A DNA stretch of 63,065 nt, filler included, from Reticulomyxa filosa (GCA_000512085.1; 24 parts of 24 records of this genome joined end to end with filler, not necessarily neighbours in it), one strand, 5' to 3'. Positions 26,367 to 40,702 are shown, counted from the first letter of the whole stretch. Program-made: numbers and translations. The notes: generated from the letters alone by a model not told the origin.

Positions 26367-27488
26367 TTTTGCATCTTCTTCCGTTGTACTATCATCTTTT
26401 CGAGCCACACACACACACACACACAACGCAATACAAACTTGCATCTCTCTATTTTTTCCTCTCCTAACGTTACGCATTAAAAACAAAAGTTTAAATACGG
26501 ATATATTACAGAAGAGACTGCAATAATTTCGGAGCCAGAGTTTATGGAGACCCCTCCCCCTTGTGTCAGTAAGTGGAGGAAAGGGGGAAGAAGAGGACGT
26601 AACAAAACAAAAAAAAAAAAAAAAAAAAAAAAAAAACAACCAAAAAAAAAAANNNNNNNNNNNNNNNNNNNNNNNNNNNNNNNNNNNNNNNNNNNNTTAA
26701 TTAATTAANNNNNNNNNNNNNNNNNNNNNNNNNNNNNNNNNNNNNNNNNNNNTTTAATCTTTTTGTTTTCATTTTAGGAATCTTCAAGTCACGTAGCCTT
26801 GTATCTTTCGTAATTTTCAACAAAATTTTGAAACCTTTTTTTTGATTATTTGAAATTTTTTAAAAAAATTTTTTTGAATGTTTTAGAAAATTAGCAAAAA
26901 AAAAAGGAATTTAATATTTAAAAACTACAAGATTATATATTTTTTAAAAAAACTGGGTTTAAATCTTTATTTTTTATGGAGAAAATTGATTCTCTTCACA
27001 TAATGCCATTTAGGCATGACCTGATTTTTCGGTGGTGTTCACTTTTTTTTAGACAATACTGTATTATATGTGTTATAAACATCTAAAGTGGAGAAGTTCG
27101 TACTTTTTAAAAAAGAAACAAGTGAATTTAAAAAGAAATTTCTCTTTTTTTTTACACAATCTATAAGTGTTAATTATGTGTATACTATGCCAGACGCGAC
27201 ACGAAAAAATTTGCGAATCCATAGAACATATTCGATTGAGTAAAATGTTGTTAAAAAAATAAGTATTCTACTCTTCTAGTGATTTCTTTTCTTTTGAATA
27301 GTTGTAGAGTTGTACATAGGACTATCCCTTGCTTTATGACATGTGCCAGTGTAATATATTGTTGTATTCTTGCAAGTAAGTCTTATTTATCTTTTTTAAA
27401 TATAATCAAAAAGGGGTTTATGATAAAATTGTTAGTTGAAGACGTCAGAATGTCTACGATTGCAGGTTTATTAGGAAAATGAAAAGCT

Positions 27489-30341
27489 TCAAAATCTGCA
27501 TTCTTGTATACTAACTGCGAGATAATCTTTTAAAGTTGTTTGTAACAGTTTTTCCTGCAATCCCTTGTTGAAAAATGTGTCCTTCATGCAATTGGCCAAA
27601 TGTTGATTCCAATGTTCCCCCGAGTAGTTAATCGGGCTCCATTTAGGATGATATTTCGCCAAGAACGTTCCCCAAGGCAGCTTCTCAGTTTTCCACACTG
27701 AATTGACATTAGCTTTAGAGGAACAGATGTCAGGCCACAGTACCCTGGTGGAAGTTGTGTGAGATCCCACGAACGCACACATAAGGTGCATTCTACTGTG
27801 GTGACTGCTTGTATGATTTGGATCTGAATTTTCACACTTGACTCCACACATTGGACACATCTACAATAACAAAAAAAAATAATAATAATGAAAATGAAAA
27901 AAAACTTTTTTTGCAACAAAACAAAAAATTGAGAAAGTTGTCCAAACTGCCATACAACCCAAGCAGGTACCTCGCATTGTGTTTTTGACATCATTGAGAA
28001 TCTTGCTAAGTATTTGATCAAATTTTGGCACATGAGGTTTGTTTAGATAATTTTTCAATTCATTTGAAATGCGATTCTTAAAAATATCCACTCGATAAAT
28101 TACATTTGTTTCTGTACAAAGATTGTTTAGTTGAAAGGATTAGCATGTTTATGAGCAAACAAAAACATATTAAGGAAATTAGCATAACTTCCTATTGTGG
28201 CTAGTATATGACAGTCTTTAAGATGGTCCTGTTTATTTTATATTGTGTTTGATGTGCAGTTGTCTTTTTTTTTTTTTTAGTTAAAAAAAGTTTATACTTA
28301 ACATAATAGGCTCCAAGCATTATTTTGTTTTCCTCAGCATCTTTTGATTCGATTTTGTAGAATGTGGCTCCCAACTGGAAGTAAGATCCACAATTTGTCG
28401 GATTCGGCTACACAATATGCTAAATATCAGGAGAAAAAAAAAAAGTAAATGATAATATTTTCTTTTTTGTTTCTTTAATGACTTATTGCAAAAAAAAAAA
28501 ATACGCGAAACTTTTTAATATGCTCTAATATTGTTTTACCGTTCCACAAAGGTTGACTCTTTAAATACGACGTATTAGTGTCAAATTCTTTGTTAAAAGT
28601 TTCATAAAATGTTTGTATTGGATTTGTGATCAATTGATATGCGTATTCACACGAACTCGACTCAAATGCTTTTTTCCAGATAATTCCTGTAAGTCTTTCT
28701 GTTCCTATAGTTACTCTTATATTTTCCGTCCTTGCTTCTATGCATTCCCTCACTCTGCCGAAGTGCATTTATATGAGAAGAAACAAGACTTTGTACCAAG
28801 TTCACTTTTTTTTTTTTTTTTTTTTAGTTGTTAAACTTTTCCATTGTCCAATCTTCGAGTTGATCCATAAACTTTGCCACAACATGATCGCTTAATTGCA
28901 CATCTGTTTCTAAACCTTTCACTCGATTGCTAAGTCTGTCCCATCCTGAAATTTGCTCGGCCTCCAATTCTTCTTGTTGAATAGTAGAATATTGCTCACA
29001 CAACCCGTTAAGCTTATCTGTCAAACATTTCTTTGCCCACCAATGAGCAGCGCATCGAAAATTCTCTGACAGCCTCCATTCATTCTATAATGTATTATTA
29101 CTTTGGACTACTGTTTGTTTGCAAAATAACAACAACGACAAACCATGTGTTTTGTATCATGGGCTGACATTCTGGCATCTAAAGATTTGAAAACATTCAC
29201 CCATCCCTCTCTGTCATTTCTACTACCTATTTTAACAATAGTTTCTAAGTCGCTTTTCACCCACTCATTAACAAGATTTTCCAGGGTAGAATTTGACTTT
29301 TCTTTATTAGAAACCAACTGCCATGCCTTCTGTGAAAAGCTCACAGCGACTGCGAATTGATTCTTTTCTGCGGCATCAGCAAATGACATCAATTGAGACT
29401 CACTTGATGGACAACGTCCAGAAATCTTATTCGGTTTAATTATTCCCTCAAAATAAGCATTGTCGAGTTCTCTCAAAATCTGATCCACAGTTTTTAAAAA
29501 CAATATGTATATATAATGTATACATGTATATTGTTTTAACAAACATTTTTTTTTTCATTCTGTGCGTTTTGTTTAATGACTCGGCTTTTTTTATTGAATA
29601 TGTTATCCCACTCTTCTTTAATTTTTCTTTTCATTTTTACAATTATTTTTAATAAGCCCATCAGCCACTGTGTCAATCAATGTTTCCATTTCATTTTTTG
29701 TGTCCCTTATTTCTTTTTCATCGCAAATTTGTTCAAATGCAGTAACACACTCCAATTTGTAATACTCGGAGCGATTTTCAAAGTCCACTTCATATTGTTT
29801 TATTAAATTGTCCGGTACTTTTTCTTTTTGCATTTTTTTAGAAATATCCCTTTGAATTCTGTTTTTTATCGCTTTAAACTCATGGTTCCACTCTTTCTGG
29901 AAAAGGATCATTCGACTGTCTTTTTCGCTCTTGTTGTTCAGCGCTTTTTCTCTTAATTCAGTCACTTTGGAACGGCTTTCTTCACGTAATGTTCTCAGCT
30001 TCTCACTGATATACTCTTGCATCATTTTGTGGTAGGCTTGCAATCGGAAATTAACTGGCAACACATCTTCTAAAAACAAAATTTGATCCCACATTGCAAT
30101 CATCATACGCCTCCATTCTTCCGTGTTTCGATAACTCGAGTCATTGTTTTCATTCAAATACTCGTTGATGGCATTTCTCAGCCCCAGTACTCGTTTCGCA
30201 AACTCAAAATTTGGAGTACCATTTGGATTCAATGCCTTTGTTTTTTTTTCCCCCCACCATAAAATATATATATATATATATATAAATATTGATTTATTTT
30301 ATTTTATTATAATTTGAATGCATTACCGATGGCAAAGGAAC
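27489..30341 (-). CDS. Very large inducible GTPase (GVIN1/URGCP, VLIG-like), C-terminal region, multi-exon
   Basis: Post-GTPase segment PNFEFAKRVLGLR..EEWRRMMIAMWDQIL, a long helical region, and a terminal C..CPMCGVKCENSDPNHTSSHHSRMH..DICSS..W Cys/His module like the GVIN1 C-terminus. The GTPase domain itself is off the contig. Confidence 0.65.
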
Positions 30342-30441
30342 NNNNNNNNNNNNNNNNNNNNNNNNNNNNNNNNNNNNNNNNNNNNTTAATTAATTAANNN
30401 NNNNNNNNNNNNNNNNNNNNNNNNNNNNNNNNNNNNNNNNN

Positions 30442-30479
<38 letters not shown>

Positions 30480-30480
<1 letters not shown>

Positions 30481-30964
30481 ACAATGAACTTGTGTTGGGC
30501 TCATGATATCCCGGGACAAGACATCGATAGTCGACCAAGACTTTTGTGTCGAGGTTCTCGGCGGGTCGACTCAATACACATTGACTGGTCGTAAGACTTA
30601 ACACGGGCGCTGAAAAGTGAGATTGCTGTAAGTTTCTTTCTCGTCGTGATAGTGTACATCGCTTGTCCTCACTACGTAGTAGGTCTTGGTCTTTCTTTAG
30701 GTAGTCCAATAGCAAGCGCTGCTTTTCGTCGTTTTCTTGTAGCAACAACTGCACTTTCAATATCTGAACTTTTAATGAATGTCGGCATGTCTCGTTCTGG
30801 ATTATCAAGTCCCTCACACGGAAGTCTTGCTTCCAGATAGAAAATGGCTCCAAAGATGGAACGTCTAGGTCATCAATGGCAACATCACTATCAGTATTTG
30901 CTTCTTCTTCATCTGCTATTTTTTTATTTTCTGATTGTGCGCTCGACACTTCCTCCATATACAA
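30480..30964 (-). CDS. Uncharacterised coiled-coil protein exon
   Basis: Open frame of normal complexity bounded by intron-like tracts. Confidence 0.4.
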
Positions 30965-32240
30965 CTCACCAGAGGGGGGGGAAAAAAATTTTAAAAAACT
31001 GTGTTATGCCGTAGTAGATATTTAAAAATGTGCTAGTAAAGTACACACTATTATCATATAAAGAAAAAAAATATTATGAGGATTTCTCGTAAGCTGTGTT
31101 AAATTGAAATAAAATAATAATTGAGTATCATGCATTGCATTAGAATATGAAAAAAATACAAACCTATTGTATTATCAGTTGGAAGATATACGGTCTAAAG
31201 CTAAAAAAAAGATCTCCCTAAAATCATAATTACACATATAATAGTCCATTTAAAATTAAATTCAAATTCTTTAACTACACGTTTTCATTGTGACTGTAAT
31301 ATTTGAATAATCTTATATGTTTTTTTGTCATTCTTTGACTAGGATTTCTTATGCTGACTACATATTTGTAATATTAGAACACTGGATAATATCTAACTTC
31401 TATTTTGTCTTAAATGGTAATTTCCAGAAATATCTTGACTATATAAATAGGTTGTTAGTTCTAACAATTGATATATTACATCAAAATTTTATACAAATTA
31501 TGTTAATCATTCAACAGTAGAAAAAATCATTATACCGATTTATCTGCCTGAAAGAGTTGACAAAAAAACTCTGTCAAAAATTACCCTTAATAATAATATG
31601 GGCATTTTCAATGGCTCTCGAAGTTTGTTGAGAGGTTATCGTGTTGGATCAGCTTCATTCAAAAGAGTGTATATACGTTGCTATACTTATCTTTTTTTTT
31701 TATATAATAAACCAAAAAAAAACAAACCAGCACACTACTTTGCGTGGTTCTATTCCACTCTCAAACAAAATAAGCTGATGAACACAACATTGTAAAAACA
31801 AAAAATGATAATATATTCACATATATGTTCCAAGTGACTCTTTTGAAAACCGGAAGTCTCTCATCAGTAATCATTTGCGCCGTTATAATCGCCCATGGCG
31901 GACTAATATATACGAAAATTCCAATTTTAGTTATTTCAGAAGCGGCCCTTCGTTCATGGTAAATTGTTGTTTGTTTCATGTGTGGAACCAAATGTATATA
32001 GCGAATCGAAGAAAAAAATAAATAAAATAAAATAAAATAAACAAAACAAAAAAATAAAATAAAAAAAAAATAAACAAAAGACAAACAAACTTACCAGATT
32101 GCGTGAGACGTATACTTTACATAAACNNNNNNNNNNNNNNNNNNNNNNNNNNNNNNNNNNNNNNNNNNNNTTAATTAATTAANNNNNNNNNNNNNNNNNN
32201 NNNNNNNNNNNNNNNNNNNNNNNNNNTTTTTTTTGCGAAG

Positions 32241-32268
<28 letters not shown>

Positions 32269-32271
<3 letters not shown>

Positions 32272-32802
32272 CGTACCCTGTGATTCTACCCATGCTGCAA
32301 TTGGTGTCAAAACAGCGTCGATTATCCACGGCAGCGTCAGCAAAGCAATCGTCAGGTATGACAATTGAAATGCAGTTCCTTGAAATGTAAAGTGCAACCT
32401 TCCGACAAACAGCAAGTATACACCACCGTTTCCAAGCACGTAACATGCAAGGTTTGGTAGTGTCAACAAATTGAAGTTGTCCTGCGTAAGACAGGTTACA
32501 AATGCAATTGGATTGAATAAGATCGCTCCCAGGTACCATATTGACGAACCTCCTGCGAAAAACCCAAAAAATGGGGTCACACTCTCGCCTTCATTGTCGT
32601 CGTCGCCACTTTTACTCTCCATCCGCAAAATGATCACAGGAATAATGAACCTTTTCACAAAAAACTGGTATATCATCAAACAACATATTGGAAGTGCTAT
32701 TATTGTCAGGAGTAAGGAAAATACTGCCAATACTGTAACAAAGCTTTCTTTTGAAGAAGAAGAACAGCTATAATCTCTATTTATTTTACTTAATTCGCTC
32801 AT
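32269..32802 (-). CDS. Multi-pass membrane protein (GPCR-like), first exon
   Basis: ATG 32802 followed by about four hydrophobic segments and a GT donor before a poly-A intron. Confidence 0.5.
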
Positions 32803-33604
32803 CTTTCTTCAAAAAAAAGCCCAAAAGGTCTTGGACTATATATACTATCTGTTTTTGATTTATTAATAACCAGCTTTTTGGCAATGTTTCCAGAGCAAAT
32901 CCATATTTATTAATTTTGGAACAAAATTTAAGCACATTGATCATATACAGTCGATTTTTTCACATTTTAAGATAAAACACAATTTTATCTACTTCAAATG
33001 TTTTAAATAGATATTGTTAATATAATTACTTGAATATAATGAACATACTGTGCATATAGATATAATTTGGAAATACATTATATTGCAAAGAAAACTGACA
33101 TACCTAAATGCACATCTATAAAGAGAATCGATTTTCTCAACACTTAAACTTAATTTTTTTTAAATATGAAATTGGTTTTATAATAACTTTTTTCAGTTGA
33201 TCAAAAACATCGTTTTTTCAAATGATTTTTTAAAATTTCGCAGGAATGCATAAAATCAAACATGTATTGCTAAGAGTTTTAAATCTGTTTGTTTCTTTTT
33301 TAGACTTTTTTAAAGATTAAAATTTGTAATTAAAATACATGATATCATTTAAGAAGTGCATTAAACAATTTTCAAATAATCAAAAAAAGTAAAAATGGAA
33401 AAAAATAACAAAAAAAAATTAAATGTACATAAATCAACGTGAAATAGACAATCCATGTGATCAAATATGCGTTCTTCATGGAAGCAGATGAAGAATGTAT
33501 ATAATACCCAAGACAACGTGTAGTTTACTAATCACAAAAAACGGAGTGGAAAATTTCGAAGAAAAATTTGAAGGAGTTAGAGAAAAAAAGTCTAAAACAA
33601 AAGG

Positions 33605-33932
33605 ATGAGCATGCAGCGATTGTATCAAGTGGGAGGAGGAACAGGTGTACCATTAGCAGAATTTGATTTGACAATAGAAAAGCAATGGCCGAACGTCAAG
33701 CAAGTATGTACACGTTGGTTCGATACAATAGTATTGACGCATGACAATGAGTTGTTTGTATACCCGAGGAGAATGTCACGCACAATAATAACGTATTTTC
33801 GGGAAAACAAGCTGAATATTATCCGTCTGTACACATCTCCTCATTCGAAGCACATCTTTTTGTTATGTGAAGGCAAGACCAAAAATGAGCAAAGACTGTT
33901 TGCTTTTGGGGGTAATGGTTGGAAGCAGCAAG
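33605..33932 (+). CDS. RCC1-repeat-like protein, first exon
   Basis: VKQVCTRWFDTIVLTHDNELFV and HIFLL..RLFAFGGNGWKQQG resemble RCC1 blades. Confidence 0.55.
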
Positions 33933-34674
33933 GTACACTTTGAAAAAGGTTCAGAGGTGGTGAAAGGAAGAGATGAAAAAAAAAAAAAAAAAAAANNNNN
34001 NNNNNNNNNNNNNNNNNNNNNNNNNNNNNNNNNNNNNNNTTAATTAATTAANNNNNNNNNNNNNNNNNNNNNNNNNNNNNNNNNNNNNNNNNNNNTCTTT
34101 TTTCAATGCAAAAGTAATTAAACCTGAGATTTTCAAAGAAATAATTGTCTAGTGGAATAGCGGGCAAAAACAAATGAAAAGAGCACTATTTTCCAATGTA
34201 AAAACAATCAGACATTGTTTGACGATTTTAATCTCTTTTTTAATTTAACTTTGCGAAGAATGAGTAATAAAAAGTTTATTATATCCTTATAGAAACCAGA
34301 TACATATTCAAAGTCAAGACACGCGATATTATCTATGGTGACAACCATCGCAATAATTGCAAAAAACAATATCCCTGGATGCAGCAATTAGTAAGAAAAC
34401 TGGAATAAAATTCAAATGGTTGTAAAAAAACTAACGTTAGAAAATTGTAGTGAAACTCAAAACAAAAAATTTGGAGAAAAGAGAAATGGAGCAAAAATCC
34501 ACTGCAGCAAATGTTTCAATAATCTTTTCTGGCACATTGGTGCTGGTTGAAATTTAAACCCAACCAAAAAAAGGAAAAAAAATTAAATGACTTTTGCCAT
34601 ATTAAATATCAAAACATGGGAGGAACAGGGAAAAAATCAATGCAAGTAACAAAGCTTGCAAAATTGTTTGATGC

Positions 34675-35670
34675 TTAAAATTTGAACATGTCAACTGAAT
34701 TTCCATTCTGAGTGTTCATATTGGAATCATCGGTAGTGAACATGTTAGTATCTGTAAAAGGATACGTAGCTTCATGCATGTCTTGAGTATGAATTATTTT
34801 ATCATCCCCTTCAAAATAAGTTTTCAATACATCCTCTGCTTTTTCAATTACTTTTTCGTGAGCATCTCGTGTTTGTAATTCCTCGAGCTTGTTAATGTGT
34901 GTGTGCATTCTCAGCACGAAAAAACAAAACAAAAAAACAAACAAAAATCGTAACTATGTCAAGGCCTCCAGCCAATTCAACAAACGATGCATATTGATTG
35001 ATACCCTCAGTTGTGTGTTTTTCTTTTGCTCCAAGCGCACAAATACATCGAATAGCTTCCACAGCAACCATAAGGGTAGGCGAGTGTTTGCTGGATTTTA
35101 TTACATCAAGCAATGCAGGGATTAGTTTTTGATTGACTAAAAAGCGAACCTGTTTCGTGTCGCCAACGGCAACGGCATTGGTTAAAGCCCAGGCCGCCTC
35201 TTTGCGCACAACCGGGCATCCATTCTTCAAAAGGAAGATCAAAGGCTGTATTAAATTGGCTTGGATCACTTGTTCGACGTGTTCAGAGTCAGTGGCAGTC
35301 ACATTGGACACGATCCAACAAGCCTCTTTTTTGATGGTGGAGATTCGCGACCTTAACAATGGTCGTAGCTTGTCTAACAGTTTGCACTTCAACACCCTCT
35401 AACCATAGCATACATATATATATATGTATACATATGTATATGTATACGCACGTGTGTATATGTATATTGACCATTTATTATATCCAAACATAAATATAAA
35501 CAAAAAAAAAAAAAAACAACAACAAAAACAGAAACAAACAACTTTTTGAGGATCACTTGTGTCTGTGTAGGAGTTCCAGTAATCATATTACCAATACACC
35601 GCAAAACAGGGTGCTGTACGAATGGGGACGGGTGTTCCAATAGATTGACCAGTTTGATTAAAAACACCAC
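34675..35670 (-). CDS. KPNA: Importin alpha, C-terminal ARM repeats (3 exons)
   Basis: PVLRCIGNMITGTPTQTQ, IKKEACWIVSNVTA, VRKEAAWALTNA, VELAGGLDI|LEELQ..EKAEDVLKTYF..FKF-stop. Confidence 0.95.
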
Positions 35671-37205
35671 NNNNNNNNNNNNNNNNNNNNNNNNNNNNNN
35701 NNNNNNNNNNNNNNTTAATTAATTAANNNNNNNNNNNNNNNNNNNNNNNNNNNNNNNNNNNNNNNNNNNNAAAGAGTAAATGTTGTTGCCATTTATTGCA
35801 AAAAGCAACAATGTCGTGTTAATCAATAATTGGATCGACTATTTAAAAGTTGCTCCATTATTTTCCAATCAAACAAAAACTTGGATATTGGAAATGTGTT
35901 GGCGGCGCTGGACCCTGCTGAGTGGATACGTGGGCAATATTTTATATCAGCAGTCGGGCCCCTCTCTTTCTACTATCAACTCTCTCAAAAAATCCGCCGC
36001 TGTGGATACGAACAAACTTTCCTGTTATTTGACGCTATACTTCGTTCTTGCGTCCATTGCTTCAAAAAGTTTTTTTTTTTTAACATCTTTATACGTATAT
36101 GTATTATTCATTCATATGTGTGGAATGTGTTGCTTGAAATTTTTGAATAGATATTCAAATGTGTGCAAATGGAGATTGCAAGTCGTTGCTGTCAATATTG
36201 TCATTGGTGCTGAAGTGAATCTCCGTAAAAATAGCAATAGAACAACAATGGCTTGCATCGATTATGGATCATGGTATTATGTTTTGCATAACGTATAATT
36301 TGGGGGAGGGGAAAATGTGAAGGTCCATATCGTGCTCATGATTAATTGAAAGTGGTGAGCTGCGCAACCTATGTTTTCAAGTTATGATATTTTTTTTATA
36401 ATGTGATTGGAAAACATTTGAAACACGTATGATGAATACACAATTATATAACATAGGGCCAATACCTGTCTGTCGAGCAATTAGAAAGTGACTGTGTGGT
36501 TGCGGTGTCAGCAAAGTTCAAACAACGCCAAGTATGGCATGTTCGATTGCAAGCATTTTACTTGCCTCAAATTTTTGCTCAAAAAATGTGTGCTTTTTTG
36601 GAATTGTAGTTTGTTTGTATTTTTGGAATGATAATTTTGACATTCCCAAGTCTCCAGCACATGACATCTTTCTCATTCAATTAAATTTCGTATAAAATTT
36701 TTGAATTTAAATATTTGAGTTTTTGCTGATTCTATCTATGGCCAATTGTACAGCAACCAATCACGAACAACTTTTCCTAGGGCTAAAAACAATCAATATT
36801 TCATAACTACAAAACTAGTTGATCATTCACAAATTGTTAAAAAATATTGAAAAATCGGAATTTATTCAATTTTCAAATAAAATTTCAAAGCTTAAATATA
36901 TGTTTGTCAAATCCTCGTTTCCTTTTTTTTCTGTATAGTCTGTTCTGACTTTTTTTTTCCATTAAAAAAGCTTTCTAAGACAACAGGAACAAGTAAAGAA
37001 AAAGAATTGATAAAACATAATATCTTTCAAATATTGCAAAGAAATAGTGATAATTTCTCAACAATGACAACAAAAAAAATTATTGATTTTGCCAAATGTT
37101 GTTGCACCCAAGATTCCTTCTCTTGTAAACACAACAATTTCATTTCTCTTAAATTAAAATTTGGCGGAAAGAAAATAAAAAAGAGAGGGAGTAGGAATAG
37201 CAAAT

Positions 37206-37729
37206 TTACGGCGTAGTTTCATCTTTGACAGACTTAGAGGCAGGGTTGTGAAATGGTGGCATGGATTCTTTTAAATATACCTCCAAGCCATATTTTTCAA
37301 TGAAAGAGCTTTCACGTGCAAACAATTGGTCCCACATTTCCACGCCAGTTGTTTTCAAAAGTGAGTAGCAAATGCCCATAGACCAAAACAGAGCATTTTT
37401 ATTTTGAGATAGTTTCCACAATTGATCGCAATCTTTGAGTGCTTCTTTAAATGATCGAATGGTGATCAAATCCTTAAATGATATGAGTTCAATCCTTTCT
37501 TTGTTCGGTGTCACACTCTTGTCAAACCATGTCAATTTGAAATGAATACCGTTGTATTCTTTAAATAAAGGCGCAACATCTGTTCAATATATATGTACAT
37601 AACATATATATGTTGATCGATAATCCTGATAGCAAAATATAATGGAATACATACCAAAGTTAGGATTACGAGCATTTAACACAATTAAAATATTTTTTTG
37701 AAACTTTGGAAAATGCAAAATTCCATTGT
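37206..37729 (-). CDS. Uncharacterised protein, last exons
   Basis: ORF 37206-37535 extends upstream to a splice acceptor near 37582. No family recognised. Confidence 0.4.
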
Positions 37730-37829
37730 NNNNNNNNNNNNNNNNNNNNNNNNNNNNNNNNNNNNNNNNNNNNTTAATTAATTAANNNNNNNNNNNNNNN
37801 NNNNNNNNNNNNNNNNNNNNNNNNNNNNN

Positions 37830-38201
37830 TCAGTTTCTGCAAAAATGGAAGAGTCATATCCAGCACCGCGAATGTAACCAATGTGAAGCATTATGCTTGG
37901 AGAACATCCGACACGTGAACACAGCTGGAGAGCCTGGCACAGAGCCAAATGGGTCGTCATTTCAATTACCCTTTGTTTCTTGAGCAAGTATAAAGAGATA
38001 GGAGGGCATTACGAAATCGCCATTCAATTGGACCCGTCGTATGAGCAAGCGCATACCGAGTATAAAAAGTTTTTGTTGCATGAATCTATTTTTTCGTCTA
38101 AGCGAACCAAACATAAATCTCCAACCACTAATGAGGAAGTGTTGGTGTTGGAGAAGAGAATGCAAATGAAGCCAAACGCATTCATGATGCAAGATGCATG
38201 A
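37830..38201 (+). pseudogene. Degenerate TPR-like fragment
   Basis: HFNY..(frameshift)..YKEIGGHYEIAIQLDPSYEQAHTEY, with upstream stops. Confidence 0.35.
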
Positions 38202-38960
38202 TATACTTATCAAGATGGAGATAACTAACATAAGCCAGAATGCGCAAACGTTTTCAATATTGTTTGAAATACTTATAATAATTATTCGTTCTAATAACCT
38301 CTTTTACATGTTTTTTTGTATTTAATGAGTACGAATTAAAATTTGATGTGAGTTCAAAAAGAAAAAAAGTCAATAAAATTAATTCTTTAAGCAACAATTG
38401 GCATTTTTCTTCAATCCAACATTTTTTTAGGTAATAATGGAATATATTTTTCTTTTGATGTTTCAAAATAGCGAAAATAGTTCACATATAAAATTATGCG
38501 TAACATGATGAATATGTTTTTGCTTGTTAGTTTTAAAAAAAGCGAATAAAGGAAAAATCGAAAAAGAAATGATTAAATAAGGCGGCGCCTCAGGAATATC
38601 GTGGAGCCGCTCAATTTAATCTCTTCATTTTCTTTTTTTTAAAATACCATTGGTTGGGGGTGTGATGTTTAGCCTTGGAGTACCGTAATGAAGGATGAGT
38701 AAAGAATTAAGGTGTTATAAAAAGATCTAAGTGTTGATAACAAAATGAAAATACAGTATGTCGCAAAGAAAACTGAACATCTAAAACGATATCTTATGAT
38801 GATAATTAATTTTCTCCATGAAAAATCAACATTTAGACCTTTAATTTTTTTTTTTAAATANNNNNNNNNNNNNNNNNNNNNNNNNNNNNNNNNNNNNNNN
38901 NNNNTTAATTAATTAANNNNNNNNNNNNNNNNNNNNNNNNNNNNNNNNNNNNNNNNNNNN

Positions 38961-39800
38961 GCTGCAATATTATAATAAATTTTGCAATCCCAACATCGTT
39001 TCAATTGTTTCTTTGTCTTTAGTTTTGGTACGTTTAGTACTTTGTTAATGTAACTTGGATTTGCTGACGCTCCGTTTGATGATATGACATGACCAAAGAA
39101 TACTATTTCATTTTGAAAGAATTTACATTTTTCCATTGCCAATCGTAAATTGTATTTATCGAAACGTCGAAATAAATCTCTTAATATTTGTAAATATTTT
39201 CGTTTGTATCAGTTGCAACTAAAGTATAGTCGATATAAATCAACATCTTCTAAATTACTAAAAATATAGTCATAGTAAGTTGAAATATTGCATGTGCGTT
39301 TGTGAAACCAAATTACATTTTATTCTATTTGTATAATCCGTTTGGAGTAATAAATGCAGTTTTGTGCATATCTTTTTTTCGAATTGATACTTGTGAATAG
39401 TCAGACCGTAGTCTAATTTTGATAATATCCGTTTGCCTGACAACTTTTTTAGAGATCATTCATGTTTGGAACTGTCTATTTATCACGAATTATGGCTTGT
39501 TTTAATTTCTGCTAATTGGCGCAAATACGTAATGAGCATACTTTCTTTTTTACTAATAAAATATTTGCAGCAAATTTAGAATAAATTTTCCGTATTATCA
39601 CTATGTTCTAATTTGCTGACTTGCTTTTCTACTATCTTTTGATACATATTATTGATAATATATGTCTTTTGTTTGATAGATTTTACTACATGCTTTAATT
39701 CCAATTTTATTTCGGCGTTTGGTATTTGTCCAATATCGGATGAATTACTATATGACAGTATTTGATTTTTGTTTATCAACTGTTGTATCTCTTTTTTTAT
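38961..39800 (-). mobile_element. Decayed Ty3/Gypsy LTR-retrotransposon pol (reverse transcriptase)
   Basis: LRSDYSQVSIRKKDMHKTAFITPNGLYK*NKM*FGFTNAHAIFQ, IYIDY (YxDD mutated) and EKCKFFQNEIVFFGHVISSNG..PKLKTKKQLKR. In-frame stops and frameshifts. Confidence 0.9.
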
Positions 39801-40060
39801 TTGTTGTTCAATATTATTTACAATTTTTGCACATGATTTAACACTATTGATTGTTCAAAGACTAACATTATTGCACTTCATTTTATTCTTTAGCTCCGCA
39901 GCGTCATTATGTGAACCTAAAGTTGATGTTGAATGTAATTTTTTCATGTTCCAACATCAANNNNNNNNNNNNNNNNNNNNNNNNNNNNNNNNNNNNNNNN
40001 NNNNTTAATTAATTAANNNNNNNNNNNNNNNNNNNNNNNNNNNNNNNNNNNNNNNNNNNN

Positions 40061-40702
40061 GACAAAACTATTTGTTTATGGGATGTTGAAACATCCAAAT
40101 CATTGCGTGCTTTCAATGGACATGAGCATTGGATTTGGTGTGTTAATTTTTCACCATTGCAAAGTAGTAATAATAATGGTAATAACAGTAATAATATTGG
40201 TGTGATTGGTGGTAATGGATATACATTTTGTTCTGGATCATTAGATAACACCGTTCGAATATGGGATATTGAAACAACTAAGCAAGTAACTGTATTCAAA
40301 GGACATGAAAAAGCTGTGGGAAGTGTAAAGTATGGATCAAATGAATTAAGAAATACAATATTATCTGGAGCAGATGATCACAGTGTTCGTTTGTGGGATA
40401 TTCGATCTTGTAAACAAATTCAAGTATTTGATGGACATAAACATTGGGTTTCGGCTGTTGAATATTTACCATTTAGTTCAAATGTGATATGTTCTGGATC
40501 ACTGGACAATACAATTCGATTTTGGGATATTCGATCAAATAAAAATGAACTGTATGTGATCAAAGGAGATGACAAGGAAGATAATGAAATATATTCTCTT
40601 AAATTTATATCATTAAAAAAGAAGGAAAAGGACAATGGAAAAGGAAATGATTTTAATTTATGTTTTGGTTCAAGGACAGGCCATATTCGTGTTTGGGGAT
40701 AA
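40061..40702 (+). CDS. WD40-repeat protein of the expanded family, 3' part
   Basis: GH...WD repeats with family motifs IGVIGGNGYT.CSGS, SVKYGSNEL and WDIRSNKNELY, ending RVWG-stop. Confidence 0.95.
   Translation, partial: DKTICLWDVETSKSLRAFNGHEHWIWCVNFSPLQSSNNNGNNSNNIGVIGGNGYTFCSGSLDNTVRIWDIETTKQVTVFKGHEKAVGSVKYGSNELRNTILSGADDHSVRLWDIRSCKQIQVFDGHKHWVSAVEYLPFSSNVICSGSLDNTIRFWDIRSNKNELYVIKGDDKEDNEIYSLKFISLKKKEKDNGKGNDFNLCFGSRTGHIRVWG

Noticed and set aside
23629-30341. NACHT, HDAC11 and VLIG as a physical defence island
   Set aside because: They are on separate contigs, and order across spacers is arbitrary.
35771-36600. Overlapping plus-strand ORFs as a defined gene
   Set aside because: Frames are fragmented and no motif could be supported.
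38961-39960. Stop-codon reassignment suggested by in-frame TAA/TAG
   Set aside because: The stops occur in a decayed retroelement alongside frameshifts, and intact genes (APRT, NUDT9, HMGR) end at TAA with long stop-free frames.
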